Part shown: one piece after another, positions 9,142-18,350 of the stretch
Layout of the letters: each line of letters begins with the position of its first letter
How positions within the stretch are numbered: the first letter of the stretch is position 1
DNA from: Candidatus Nomurabacteria bacterium
GTDB lineage: Bacteria; Patescibacteriota; WWE3; UBA101185; UBA10185
Direction: 5' to 3'
Length of the DNA: 64,000 nucleotides
NCBI GenBank assembly: GCA_020631855.1
Contig: JACKGU010000002.1
Span: 89,188-153,187, forward strand
Notes under the pieces: generated by a model
Told to the model about the DNA's origin: nothing
Seen by the model: only the letters and a program-made list of their open reading frames with translations
The model's database searches: none
Translations under genes and position numbers: made by a program

Positions 9142-9870
9142 TTACTCAACAGCTATTGTTTCGCTTAGAGTTGCTATTACAACAAGTCTTTTTAATGTTG
9201 TTCCGGCCGGCCAGCATGTCATTAGTGTTAAGGTGTTTTTATCCTCGTAGCCTTCTAACGTCTTTAGATATGCTAGTTCTTTTGGGCCAACTATTTTAAC
9301 CTCAGAAACCGAATACTTATTTATAAAGTTTTTTTGTGATTCTGAGAACTTTAGATATATTTCATCAGTCGGTGCAAGCTTGTAGAGCAAATAGAATATT
9401 GCATTGTATTTATTTACATTAATAAGCCCGTCTGTTGAATGCGCAAAAACGAAGGTGTTAGTACCGAGGGACAGCCCCGAGGTTGGATAATCACTGCCTT
9501 TGGCGTGAGCTACTCCGTATTTTAAGGCCGTTCCATATTCCTCAGAATTAAACGGATCAATATTTTTCAATATTTTTGCTTTTGCGCCAATTTTGGGTAT
9601 GTAGATTGAATCTTCGTTGTATGGCTGGAAATTACTTAAAAAATCGTTAATGTTTTTATTTGTTGAGTCTTTAGAGATAGTTTGTATGTTTGCACCGTAA
9701 CCTTTTTTGTTAACAAGGTAGTTAAGCTCCTCGCCAAGAACCGGCAGGAACAATAACGCCAGTCCTATAAGTGAGAGTGAAAAGAGTGCGGCTCCTGTGT
9801 GCAGGAGCCGCCTCGACCCATTACCATTCGATTTATTTTTGACTATTTTTAAGTCGTTTCTTTGCCCCAA
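9142..9870 (-). CDS. Sortase family transpeptidase
   Basis: 242 aa. N-terminal TM and catalytic TLxTC motif (LTLMTCWPAG). Lies immediately downstream of the LPATG protein gene. Confidence 0.8.
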   Translation of the reverse strand: MGQRNDLKIVKNKSNGNGSRRLLHTGAALFSLSLIGLALLFLPVLGEELNYLVNKKGYGANIQTISKDSTNKNINDFLSNFQPYNEDSIYIPKIGAKAKILKNIDPFNSEEYGTALKYGVAHAKGSDYPTSGLSLGTNTFVFAHSTDGLINVNKYNAIFYLLYKLAPTDEIYLKFSESQKNFINKYSVSEVKIVGPKELAYLKTLEGYEDKNTLTLMTCWPAGTTLKRLVVIATLSETIAVE

Positions 9871-12800
9871 GGTATAAGCCTAAAACTGCCAAAATTATTA
9901 CTGGAATATAGATTACCGGAGAAGTAAGAGCATTTACCAGTTTAGCTAAGAGTGTTGAGGAATTTCTTTCTCGATCTGTTCTTATGTTGCCGTTTCCCTC
10001 GTCCTCGTTAGTTCCTAGAACAGCACCGTCTCCTTGATCTTGGTCAGCTCCCGTCTGATTCTGATCTTGTTCACCTGCTGTTCCTGTGAGGCTCTGTAAG
10101 CCCCCTGCAGCCCCGATAAATTGTCCCTCGGTAGTAGTAACCTCGCTATCGCTGTCACTATTAACTGTTTTTTCAATTATGGTCTCTTCGGTTATTTCCT
10201 CCACCCTGACATTAGAAGGATTTCCGGCTTCGTCAAAAGCCCTTACTGCGTAGTAAGGTTTTTTACCGCATTTATCGGAAGGAAGGTTATCGGTAAACTC
10301 ATATGTAGCGTCGTTACCTATTGAGATAGTTTTAATCTTAGAGCTGTCATTAACTGTAAACTCTTTGTTAAAAGATCTATACACCTCTACATAGTTTGTG
10401 TCTCCTTCGCTGCTAGTTTTAAATTTTACCTCATATTCACAGGAATTTTTTTTATCCTTTTTGATGTATCTTGGTTTTCCGGGGCCTTTGCTGTCGTATT
10501 TCACACTGACGCTTTCCGAAGTTATTGAAGTTTCGTCAGAAAACACGGCTTTGACGTTAAAGTAGTATGTTCCGTCTTCCGTAAGTACTGAGTTATTAAC
10601 TAAGCAAGAGTCGGTGTTGCCGCCGTCGGCGAGAGACACCTCTTGATATTTTATGTAGTCTGCCGATGTCGGTTTTTTAACATAGCACTCTACGTTTGTG
10701 TTGGGCCTGCTTTCTGTATCTAACAGAACAAATGTAATCGAAAACTCACTGTTTGCAGGGCTTATTGGATCCTCTACTCTTAGTGCGGCGGCTGCGTCTA
10801 CTTTGTTGAAGTTCATTGCGCCTGCGGCCAGCAGGACCAACAAGGATATGAGCGTGACTCTTGCAGTTCTTGTTAATGACATTTTTTTATTCTTTCTAAG
10901 CAGGCCAAATACTATTAATATTATTCCTGAGGCTAAGGACACTAGTAAGGTTGCTAGTATGGCGGTTATTGTTCCTGTTGCAGGTAGCCCCAAAACTTCC
11001 CCACGTTCTGTAGATGCTCCTAAAACCTCTTCAATTATTTCTTTTTTGTTAACCTTTACTTCAGTTTTCGCTTCGTCCGGCTGAGGCTTTTCTTTTACTC
11101 CCACTTCGGTGCCCGAAAAGTTCTCGTCTACGTAGCCCTCGGTTTCCGCTTGTGCCAAGATCTCGTTTTCGTTACTGTCGGAACCTTGAGTCCATGTGAG
11201 GTCTTTATACAGCCCGGGGTCCACTGAAATTGCTGTTTTAGCCTTTAGCGTAAGAGTTACAACTTCTCCGTCCTCCATGTCTCCTAGTTCCCATGTTCCC
11301 GGAGAGGCATAAGTTGGTTCGGTAGTAATATTTCCGGCTTTAAGATCTCCCCTTAAACTCGAGTCTGCAGTATATGATCCTGCGATGTATGTAAATCCCT
11401 CGGGAAGAAGATCTACGACCCTAACATTGTATAGGTAGCTTAGCTTCGCGGTAACTTTTATGGTATACGTGACGACATTCTCAACTTCATTGTCAAGGTA
11501 ATCTCCTGTCCAGTTATTTGTTTTCATTAGATACAACTCAGGAGTTATCGGGGCATTAAAGAAGTCAAAATTTGTCTTTTCAGCTGCTTTGTCGCTGTCA
11601 ATCGCGACCTCTCCGTCGCTAAGGCGAGCTTGGTAGAAACCTTTTTCAGGAGCAATTATGTCGTAGCCCGGAGTTTCATCCTCCCAAATTTTATAGTGCC
11701 CGTCTCTTAAATCATCAAAGAAATATTCGCCCGACTTGTTTGTAGTAGTATCTATGGTTGTATCTTTCAGGCACTCGTAATTGGGACTAATAAGCCCTTT
11801 TTCTGATAGATTCGTTGTTGTACTTAGTACGCTAACTGTCTGTGAAGGCAATTCGCACAAATGTATTGGCCAGTTGGGTAGTGGGTAGTCTGTTTCATCG
11901 TATATTCCGTTTCTGTTTAGATCAGCATACTTGTGTCCTGTTAAAGAGCCGGTTCGCATATTTCCGAAGATACATTCCGCTTCCTCCCCAGGTTTCAGAT
12001 CAATTGTGCATATATCCGGCGAGGTAGTTTGTTTCCATCCTTTTTGCTGTGTTTCTTTAATAGTATATTTTCCCGGATCGAGTTTAATTAGATAGTTGCC
12101 GTTCTCATTTGTAGTTGTTGTATATATACTTTCTTTAGATCCGTCATCTGTGTAAAGCTCAATTCCCCACCCCTCAAGTTTAGGTTCGTTTTCCTCTTTT
12201 GTCCCGTTCCCGTTAAGATCATTAAATTTATAGCCTGTTATTGCGGCAGTGTCGGTTTTCAGGTCCTCGCACACACCCTCTACGGCTAAAAGTGCGTTTA
12301 CATCAAAACCGTCGGCAGAATTGATGTGTGGTGCAAAGTTTGTAGTGTCTATAAGTTTCACATATTTAAACCAGTTCATTTTTGGAAGCTCGTTGCTAAT
12401 ATCAAGATCGTTCGCACCACCTGAAACGTGGTTGGTAACTTCTCCTGCAAAAAACCAGGACGTTCCATTTTGTGAAACGTAAACATCTGCGGTTTCCTCC
12501 GGGTATCCGAACCTTGACTCATATGTAGTTTCGTAAATAGTTAAGTCGGTCCCGCTTACATTTAGTACCGGATCGTCAAATGAAATTACCAACTCACCCT
12601 CTTTTCCAAGGCTTACAAAATCAGAATCAAGCTCAAATAAAGAATTGGCGGGATCTGACCTTTCAGGCAGAACATTGCCGCCTCCTTTAAGAGTGCCTTG
12701 GTCGAAGCTGACGACTGATTGTGCCCACCTTTTGCCTTCTACGCATTGATTTTCTTCGGGCATGTCTACTATTGAATTTGGACATGAGGCCAAGTCATTT

Positions 12801-14311
12801 ACTTGCAAACCCCTCGTATCAGCTACCTCTTTTGCCTCTTCTCCGTTCAAAACATTTTCGTAGGTAAAAGAATAAGCTCTGGATCTAACCGGAGAATCTT
12901 GTGTTGATGATACGTAAAATTTCCCGTCTTTAATTGCTAGGCCGGTTACATTTTTTACGCCAATATTTCCAATGTATTCAGCTACCTTAGTGGTTGAGCG
13001 TAGGACATAGAAATTGCCATCGTAGTCGACAGCAAAAAGCTTATTTTCTGAGTCAAACGCCATATCTCCGCCGAAAGTTTTGAATCCTGTATAAGTTCCT
13101 TTGTATTCCGAAGAGCCGTTGGTTATATCAATAGTATAAAGTTTAAAGTCTTTATTCATTGTATATAGATTTGCATCTGCATCGAAGGCTAGTTTGGGAT
13201 AGCCTTTGTATTTTTCAAGGCCGCTTGTTTCAAGCTCGGTCTGTGTCCCTGTTGCAATATCATATTTAATTAAGACCGGGTTTATTTTTTGACTATTATA
13301 GATATAGTAAACATCTCCAGTTTTTGGATGAAGTGCGCCCCCTGCCGTTGGTTCAATTTGGTCGACTACCTTTTTATATGTACTTTCTCCTAAGTCTAAA
13401 ACAGTCATTTCGCTCTCTAGTCCTACACCAAAAATGTCTTGGCAAATTTTAAATTCGGGCTGTACTGATTCGCCCGGGCAGAGGCCGTTTTCATCTACTG
13501 GCATGTCTTTTTCGTGGCCGGCTCGGGTTGTTCCGTTCTCGCTAAGGTGCCCGGCATTGCCGTTTCCATATAAAGCGTTGCAGGATATTTCTATTTTTAC
13601 ATATTTGTTAGTTTCTGAACTTGTAGCGTGGCAAAGAGTGTATTTCCCACCATAATCATCTTTGCACTCTGTTTCTGTTGGGAATAAGGGGTCTGCTTCT
13701 TCATTACTATTTTTCGAATTTATCGCAAGCGCAGCTTCTGCAGTATTGGCACCGCTGCCGCTCTCATCCTCCTTTGTAGGAGCTTGAATGCTCTCGCCCT
13801 CAGTAAGAGTTGCCTCGTTTTGTTTCGAGAATTCTGTGTCTTTTTCTCTTTCTTCGTTTATTCCTGTCTCGACTTTTTTACCAGCTGTGTTGTTTGAGCC
13901 GTTGTCGTAAGATATCGCCTCATCGCCACTATTTTGTGAGGTTTCGTCGGTTGTTTCGGTCCTGTCTTTATCTTCTTGTTCTAAAATCTTATCCCCGTCT
14001 GTAGCTGAGTCGTTCGTTTCATTCTCTGCTGAATTGTCGGTCGTGGGTTCTTCTGAATCTTTCCTACTACCCTCGTCCTTATCCGAATCTTGTTGCTCGG
14101 GAGAGTCCGCTTTTTCTTTACCTTCTTTGTTTTCTTCATTCGACTTTGCTTCTTTTTTTTCATCACCGTCTTCAGCCATAATGTTCGGAGTGTTGTTGTT
14201 CGTATTGTCGGTTGCAGCATAGACAAGAGGGCTCAAAATATTTAATAAAAGAGATATAAGAGTCAGGGTAGTTAATAGTTTTTTATAGAAACGTATATTT
14301 TTTGTTTTCAT
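9833..14311 (-). CDS. Giant LPXTG-type surface adhesin (signal peptide, acidic linker, beta-propeller-like region, two Cna-B/SdrD-B-type domains, LPATG sorting signal) fused in frame to a second secreted FN3-like membrane protein
   Basis: 1492 aa. Residues ~1115-1143 are LPATG + hydrophobic TM + RKNKK. They are followed in frame by MSLTRTAR + h-region + AAA (a new signal peptide) and a 349-aa module ending in its own TM + KKRLKNSQK. The junction lies on an A7 tract (plus-strand T7 at 10882-10888). Confidence 0.7.
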   Translation of the reverse strand: MKTKNIRFYKKLLTTLTLISLLLNILSPLVYAATDNTNNNTPNIMAEDGDEKKEAKSNEENKEGKEKADSPEQQDSDKDEGSRKDSEEPTTDNSAENETNDSATDGDKILEQEDKDRTETTDETSQNSGDEAISYDNGSNNTAGKKVETGINEEREKDTEFSKQNEATLTEGESIQAPTKEDESGSGANTAEAALAINSKNSNEEADPLFPTETECKDDYGGKYTLCHATSSETNKYVKIEISCNALYGNGNAGHLSENGTTRAGHEKDMPVDENGLCPGESVQPEFKICQDIFGVGLESEMTVLDLGESTYKKVVDQIEPTAGGALHPKTGDVYYIYNSQKINPVLIKYDIATGTQTELETSGLEKYKGYPKLAFDADANLYTMNKDFKLYTIDITNGSSEYKGTYTGFKTFGGDMAFDSENKLFAVDYDGNFYVLRSTTKVAEYIGNIGVKNVTGLAIKDGKFYVSSTQDSPVRSRAYSFTYENVLNGEEAKEVADTRGLQVNDLASCPNSIVDMPEENQCVEGKRWAQSVVSFDQGTLKGGGNVLPERSDPANSLFELDSDFVSLGKEGELVISFDDPVLNVSGTDLTIYETTYESRFGYPEETADVYVSQNGTSWFFAGEVTNHVSGGANDLDISNELPKMNWFKYVKLIDTTNFAPHINSADGFDVNALLAVEGVCEDLKTDTAAITGYKFNDLNGNGTKEENEPKLEGWGIELYTDDGSKESIYTTTTNENGNYLIKLDPGKYTIKETQQKGWKQTTSPDICTIDLKPGEEAECIFGNMRTGSLTGHKYADLNRNGIYDETDYPLPNWPIHLCELPSQTVSVLSTTTNLSEKGLISPNYECLKDTTIDTTTNKSGEYFFDDLRDGHYKIWEDETPGYDIIAPEKGFYQARLSDGEVAIDSDKAAEKTNFDFFNAPITPELYLMKTNNWTGDYLDNEVENVVTYTIKVTAKLSYLYNVRVVDLLPEGFTYIAGSYTADSSLRGDLKAGNITTEPTYASPGTWELGDMEDGEVVTLTLKAKTAISVDPGLYKDLTWTQGSDSNENEILAQAETEGYVDENFSGTEVGVKEKPQPDEAKTEVKVNKKEIIEEVLGASTERGEVLGLPATGTITAILATLLVSLASGIILIVFGLLRKNKKMSLTRTARVTLISLLVLLAAGAMNFNKVDAAAALRVEDPISPANSEFSITFVLLDTESRPNTNVECYVKKPTSADYIKYQEVSLADGGNTDSCLVNNSVLTEDGTYYFNVKAVFSDETSITSESVSVKYDSKGPGKPRYIKKDKKNSCEYEVKFKTSSEGDTNYVEVYRSFNKEFTVNDSSKIKTISIGNDATYEFTDNLPSDKCGKKPYYAVRAFDEAGNPSNVRVEEITEETIIEKTVNSDSDSEVTTTEGQFIGAAGGLQSLTGTAGEQDQNQTGADQDQGDGAVLGTNEDEGNGNIRTDRERNSSTLLAKLVNALTSPVIYIPVIILAVLGLYLGAKKRLKNSQK

Positions 14312-14504
14312 TGGGATTGCAGGAAATAGTTACTTATCCGCAGTATATAATTTTTAAGGACAAAGAGCAATACTACAGGGCACAGTTGGGGAGCACTATT
14401 ATAGTGTACATCTTGTGCTATTTTGTTTTCTAGAAGGTCAGCAATGTTAATAGTCGCAAAATCTATTGACAAAGATTGTATCAATAATTATGATTATATG
14501 ACAT

Positions 14505-16646
14505 ATGTATCTGCCAACAGAAAAATCCCATAAAAAAGCTAATATGTTTTTCAAAAGTTTTACGACTTTTATATCGGTGTTTTCAGCACTTGCCTTTGCT
14601 CTTGTTGTGAAATCGGCCCATGCTGGTGTCTTAGCAGTTCCTGACGAGGTACTTTCTTGGGGGATAAACGGCCAGAACAATGGTGAATTTACTCACGCCA
14701 ATTCTATTACTGTAGATACTTCTGGTAATGTTTATGTTGTTGATGAGAATAACGATTTAGGGCTAGATAGGGTTCAAAAATTTGATTCAGACGGTAATTT
14801 TGTTGATTCTTGGGGAAACACTTCGGGCAGTGGTGACGGTCAGTTTTCATATCCTGTGGGAATAGCCTATTACGCCGGAAATGTATTTGTGGCCGATTTC
14901 AGCAATGCTCGTATACAGTCTTTGACCACTAATGGCGTATTTGTTACTAAATGGGGTGACTATTGTCCATATTCAGGAGGTTGGGTTGAAGAGGATGGAT
15001 GTTTCAATGGAATAAAAGATATCGCCGCAAATGCAAATGATGGAATAATATATGCTCTGGACGGCTTTAATAGGGTTCAGGCTTTTGACGAAGATGGTAA
15101 CTTCTTATTTTCGTGGGGTAGTACAGGTTCCGGAGACGGTCAGTTTCTTGATACTGAATCTATAACCTCATCCACTGTGGGCGGCAATGAAAGAGTTTAC
15201 GTTTCTGATAATTCCAGAAAAGATATTCAGGTATTTGACTTTGAGGGGAACTTTATAACCAAATGGGGTTCTTATGGAACAGGGGACGGTCAGTTTGAAT
15301 CCTTTAATAAAATAAGCGCATTCCAAAATTACATTTTTGTTTCTGATAACACACGAGTTCAAATCTTTGATTTAGATGGTACATTTCTATATTCTATGCC
15401 AGTTGCCGTAACAGGCGTGGCCGCTGCCGGGAACTATCTTTATACAGCTAACCAGCCTTCCTTTCCAATTGACGCAGTACGAGTATTTAATGTATACGCT
15501 GACATGATTATAGAGGAAACAGACGGGTCTACTGATGTTGTTGAATATGGAGCTACCGACGAATACCACGTTTCCATGACTGCAGAACCTGTGGGGGGAG
15601 TAGATATTAGGATAGATTCCGATTTGGGACAGATTTATTTTCCTGATAATCCTGATAACAATCTTCCTGTTAGCACAAGTGTTCAAATGACATTCGGAGC
15701 TGATTATGCTGATGTGAGAACTATAAAAGTAGCAGCTATTGGAGACGCTATAGCAGAAGGCGACCACGAAGACGCTGCAATATTCTCTTTCGTTCCAAGC
15801 AACGATTTTACTGACATTATTACCATGACTGTAAATATCACAGACGGGGAGAACCCTGAAGGTACGGGCTCAGGAGACGAGGACTCCGTCGAGCCTACAT
15901 ACGGAATGGAGATACACTCTATTGACGGTCAAGAAATAGCTTACGTAAAAAGACTAAGAGGGGGATCTGACGATGCCAGACATGAAGTTATTATTAACAC
16001 AGTAAAGCCAGTTATTAAGTTTAAGATGGTTGATGTCGATGGTGTTGAAATAGAAAAATATCAACTAAGGCTAACTAAAACCGACGAGTTTCACAATAAA
16101 ATTAACCCCTCGTTTAATTGGTCTGAGGATATAAAACCCAGAAGCGAAGGTACTTATAAAGAAGATGGTTTCAGGGTTAAGTACAAAAACGGATACATTT
16201 ACGCATACCCGACTTCTAAGAAAACTCAACTTAAAGAGGGGGTTTATTACGTTAATGTAAGGGCCTATGATTCCAACGGTGAGAAAGTTAGTGGAGAAGA
16301 GATCAAGGTAAGGGTCGAGTTAGGTTCTGAAGATGCTGTTTTCACAGTACAGAATATAGGCAGTATTGCATACGAAACAAAGTATACTGAATATCACTAC
16401 ACAGCCCCCTATGTCACATTTATAGGCACAGCTTCTAGCGATACAGAGGTTCAGTTGTTTGTAGATGGTGCCGCTGTCGATACCTTTGTATCTAAAGACG
16501 GGAGTTACTCTTTGAGTACAGTCTTAAGCTCAGGGGTTCACTCTGTAGAGATTCGTTCCGGGGGCCAGGTAATCGCCTTCTCCTTAAATATAGATGAGAC
16601 GGGACAATCTTTTCCGGAAACGCTAAGAAGATTGATTGGTTTATAA
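14505..16646 (+). CDS. Secreted NHL-repeat beta-propeller protein with C-terminal Ig-like domains
   Basis: 713 aa. The likely true start is the Met of the signal peptide MFFKSFTTFISVFSALAFALVVKSAHA (14544). Repeated GDGQF...P.GIA...G.VFVAD..N.RIQ NHL repeats. Upstream TTGACA-17-TATGAT promoter at 14466-14494. Confidence 0.7.
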   Translation: MYLPTEKSHKKANMFFKSFTTFISVFSALAFALVVKSAHAGVLAVPDEVLSWGINGQNNGEFTHANSITVDTSGNVYVVDENNDLGLDRVQKFDSDGNFVDSWGNTSGSGDGQFSYPVGIAYYAGNVFVADFSNARIQSLTTNGVFVTKWGDYCPYSGGWVEEDGCFNGIKDIAANANDGIIYALDGFNRVQAFDEDGNFLFSWGSTGSGDGQFLDTESITSSTVGGNERVYVSDNSRKDIQVFDFEGNFITKWGSYGTGDGQFESFNKISAFQNYIFVSDNTRVQIFDLDGTFLYSMPVAVTGVAAAGNYLYTANQPSFPIDAVRVFNVYADMIIEETDGSTDVVEYGATDEYHVSMTAEPVGGVDIRIDSDLGQIYFPDNPDNNLPVSTSVQMTFGADYADVRTIKVAAIGDAIAEGDHEDAAIFSFVPSNDFTDIITMTVNITDGENPEGTGSGDEDSVEPTYGMEIHSIDGQEIAYVKRLRGGSDDARHEVIINTVKPVIKFKMVDVDGVEIEKYQLRLTKTDEFHNKINPSFNWSEDIKPRSEGTYKEDGFRVKYKNGYIYAYPTSKKTQLKEGVYYVNVRAYDSNGEKVSGEEIKVRVELGSEDAVFTVQNIGSIAYETKYTEYHYTAPYVTFIGTASSDTEVQLFVDGAAVDTFVSKDGSYSLSTVLSSGVHSVEIRSGGQVIAFSLNIDETGQSFPETLRRLIGL

Positions 16647-16721
16647 TCTTAGGGCTTGCAGACTGTTAAACACCGCCCTGTTCGGGCACTTTTAAGGATA
16701 AACCTGTTTTGTACCTGTAAC

Positions 16722-16840
16722 TTCTTTACTTAAAACTTACGTGTGTAAGCTAGTAAATGTAGTTTTCCCAACATGTTAGACTCCGCAACGTAAAATAATT
16801 ACAGCAAACCACCTGCGTAAGCTAGCGGTGGTTGATATTC
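16722..16840 (+). repeat. ~120-nt structured intergenic repeat, copy B
   Basis: CTTACGTGTGTAAGCTAG...TTCCCAACATGTTAGA...CCACCTGCGTAAGCTAGCGGTGG. Same architecture as copies A, C, D and E. Confidence 0.7.
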
Positions 16841-16935
16841 TAAATGTGTGCTATAATGATTATTGCGCTCGTGCTAAATAGATTTGAGAACTTTAGTATC
16901 TAGACAAGTAAGTTTAGATTTACCTCCGGTCCGTT

Positions 16936-18345
16936 TTGGACAAGCCAGATTGGAAAAAAATAATGAATACACAAAAACAGTCTAAAAATAGACGCTATTC
17001 AAGTGCGCCAAGCGGAGCTAGGCCCGGAGGGTTCGGTCGTCGTAATGGTGGTTATAAAGGTAAGAGTAAGTTTTCAACAAGCTCTGGATCTGATGGAGAG
17101 TCAAGGGGCGGCCAAAGGTCAGGAAACTCGTTCGGTTATATAAATAGATCAGGAGAGCAGCAATTTAGCAAGCAAGGTCGTTCAAGGGATAATTGGAAAA
17201 GAAAAAACAGAAGAAAATCAAGCGAGGTTATTGATCATTCCAGATACATATCTAAACCCGTGCAGGCTCAATTAGTTGAGGCCTGTGTAATTGAGAATTC
17301 ATTTAGAGATTTTAATTTGCACCCTACATTATTGAAAAATATCTCTGACCGAGGATACATTCAACCAACAAAAATACAGGATATGTCTATTCCCCACATT
17401 CTAAAAGGAAGAGACGTTTTGGGAACAGGCAATACAGGAACCGGAAAGACTGGTGCATTTTTAATTCCTATGTGCCAGAAAGTATTAAAGAACCCCGAAA
17501 ATAGGGTTCTAATAATAACTCCCACAAGAGAGCTCGCAAGTCAAATTCAGGTAGAGTTTAGAAAATTTACACGTGATACAAAATTAAGGATGGTCCTTGT
17601 TATAGGCGGCGAGAGCATGCACTTTCAAATGCGCGCTCTTCGTGAGAAGCCACAGTTTGTAGTTGCAACTCCCGGAAGGCTTATGGATCTTGAAAAAAGA
17701 AATCAGCTAAGTTTAAAAGGTTTTACAAATATAATATTAGACGAAGTTGATCAAATGTTAGACATGGGATTTGTAGAAGATATTAAAATAGTTTGCGGTA
17801 AATTGCCGGAAAATAGGCAATCTTTGTTCTTTTCCGCAACAATGGCAGGAAAAGAAGAAGCCCTTGCAAATACATTGTTGAGAGATCCCGTAAAAGTTGA
17901 GGCCGACAAACAGTCTCCCCTTAATAGTATCCACCAGGATATTGTGAAGGTTGCTTCTAAAGAGCATAAAATTCAAATATTACACGACCTTCTCAAAAAA
18001 ACAGAGTTCACTAAAGTATTGGTATTTTCCGGAACAAGAATAGGTGCAGATAGGATAACCCAAGAACTAAGAAGCAGGGGCGTTATGGTAGATTCCCTTC
18101 ACGGCAATAAGTCCCAAAGAGTCAGAACAAAAGTACTCACAAATTTTAGAACCGATAAAATAGATGTTCTCGTAGCAACTGATGTCGCCGCCAGAGGAAT
18201 TGATGTTCCCGATATAAGCCACGTCATAAACTTTGATGAGCCGGTAAACTACAATGACTATATTCATAGAATAGGGCGTACCGGAAGAGTTGGTAAAAAA
18301 GGAACAGCACTTACGTTTGTTGTTAGTAAAAGTTTTTCTAAATAG
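16936..18345 (+). CDS. DEAD-box ATP-dependent RNA helicase with an N-terminal RGG/basic tail
   Basis: Motifs GTGKTGAF (I), PTRELA (Ia), DEVD (II), SAT (III), HRIGRTGR (VI). The track start is TTG; the probable ATG is at 16963 (MNTQKQSK). The first ~100 aa are RG/RGG-rich. Confidence 0.9.
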   Translation: MDKPDWKKIMNTQKQSKNRRYSSAPSGARPGGFGRRNGGYKGKSKFSTSSGSDGESRGGQRSGNSFGYINRSGEQQFSKQGRSRDNWKRKNRRKSSEVIDHSRYISKPVQAQLVEACVIENSFRDFNLHPTLLKNISDRGYIQPTKIQDMSIPHILKGRDVLGTGNTGTGKTGAFLIPMCQKVLKNPENRVLIITPTRELASQIQVEFRKFTRDTKLRMVLVIGGESMHFQMRALREKPQFVVATPGRLMDLEKRNQLSLKGFTNIILDEVDQMLDMGFVEDIKIVCGKLPENRQSLFFSATMAGKEEALANTLLRDPVKVEADKQSPLNSIHQDIVKVASKEHKIQILHDLLKKTEFTKVLVFSGTRIGADRITQELRSRGVMVDSLHGNKSQRVRTKVLTNFRTDKIDVLVATDVAARGIDVPDISHVINFDEPVNYNDYIHRIGRTGRVGKKGTALTFVVSKSFSK

Positions 18346-18350
18346 TCTTT

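Noticed and set aside
10698-11084. Plus-strand ORFs embedded in the adhesin gene (10121..10324, 10698..11084, 11842..12027, 12249..12482, 13434..13655, 13810..14004, 14034..14222)
   Set aside because: All lie antisense within the continuous 1492-aa adhesin ORF, have low-complexity translations, and would require overlapping genes. Treated as shadow ORFs.
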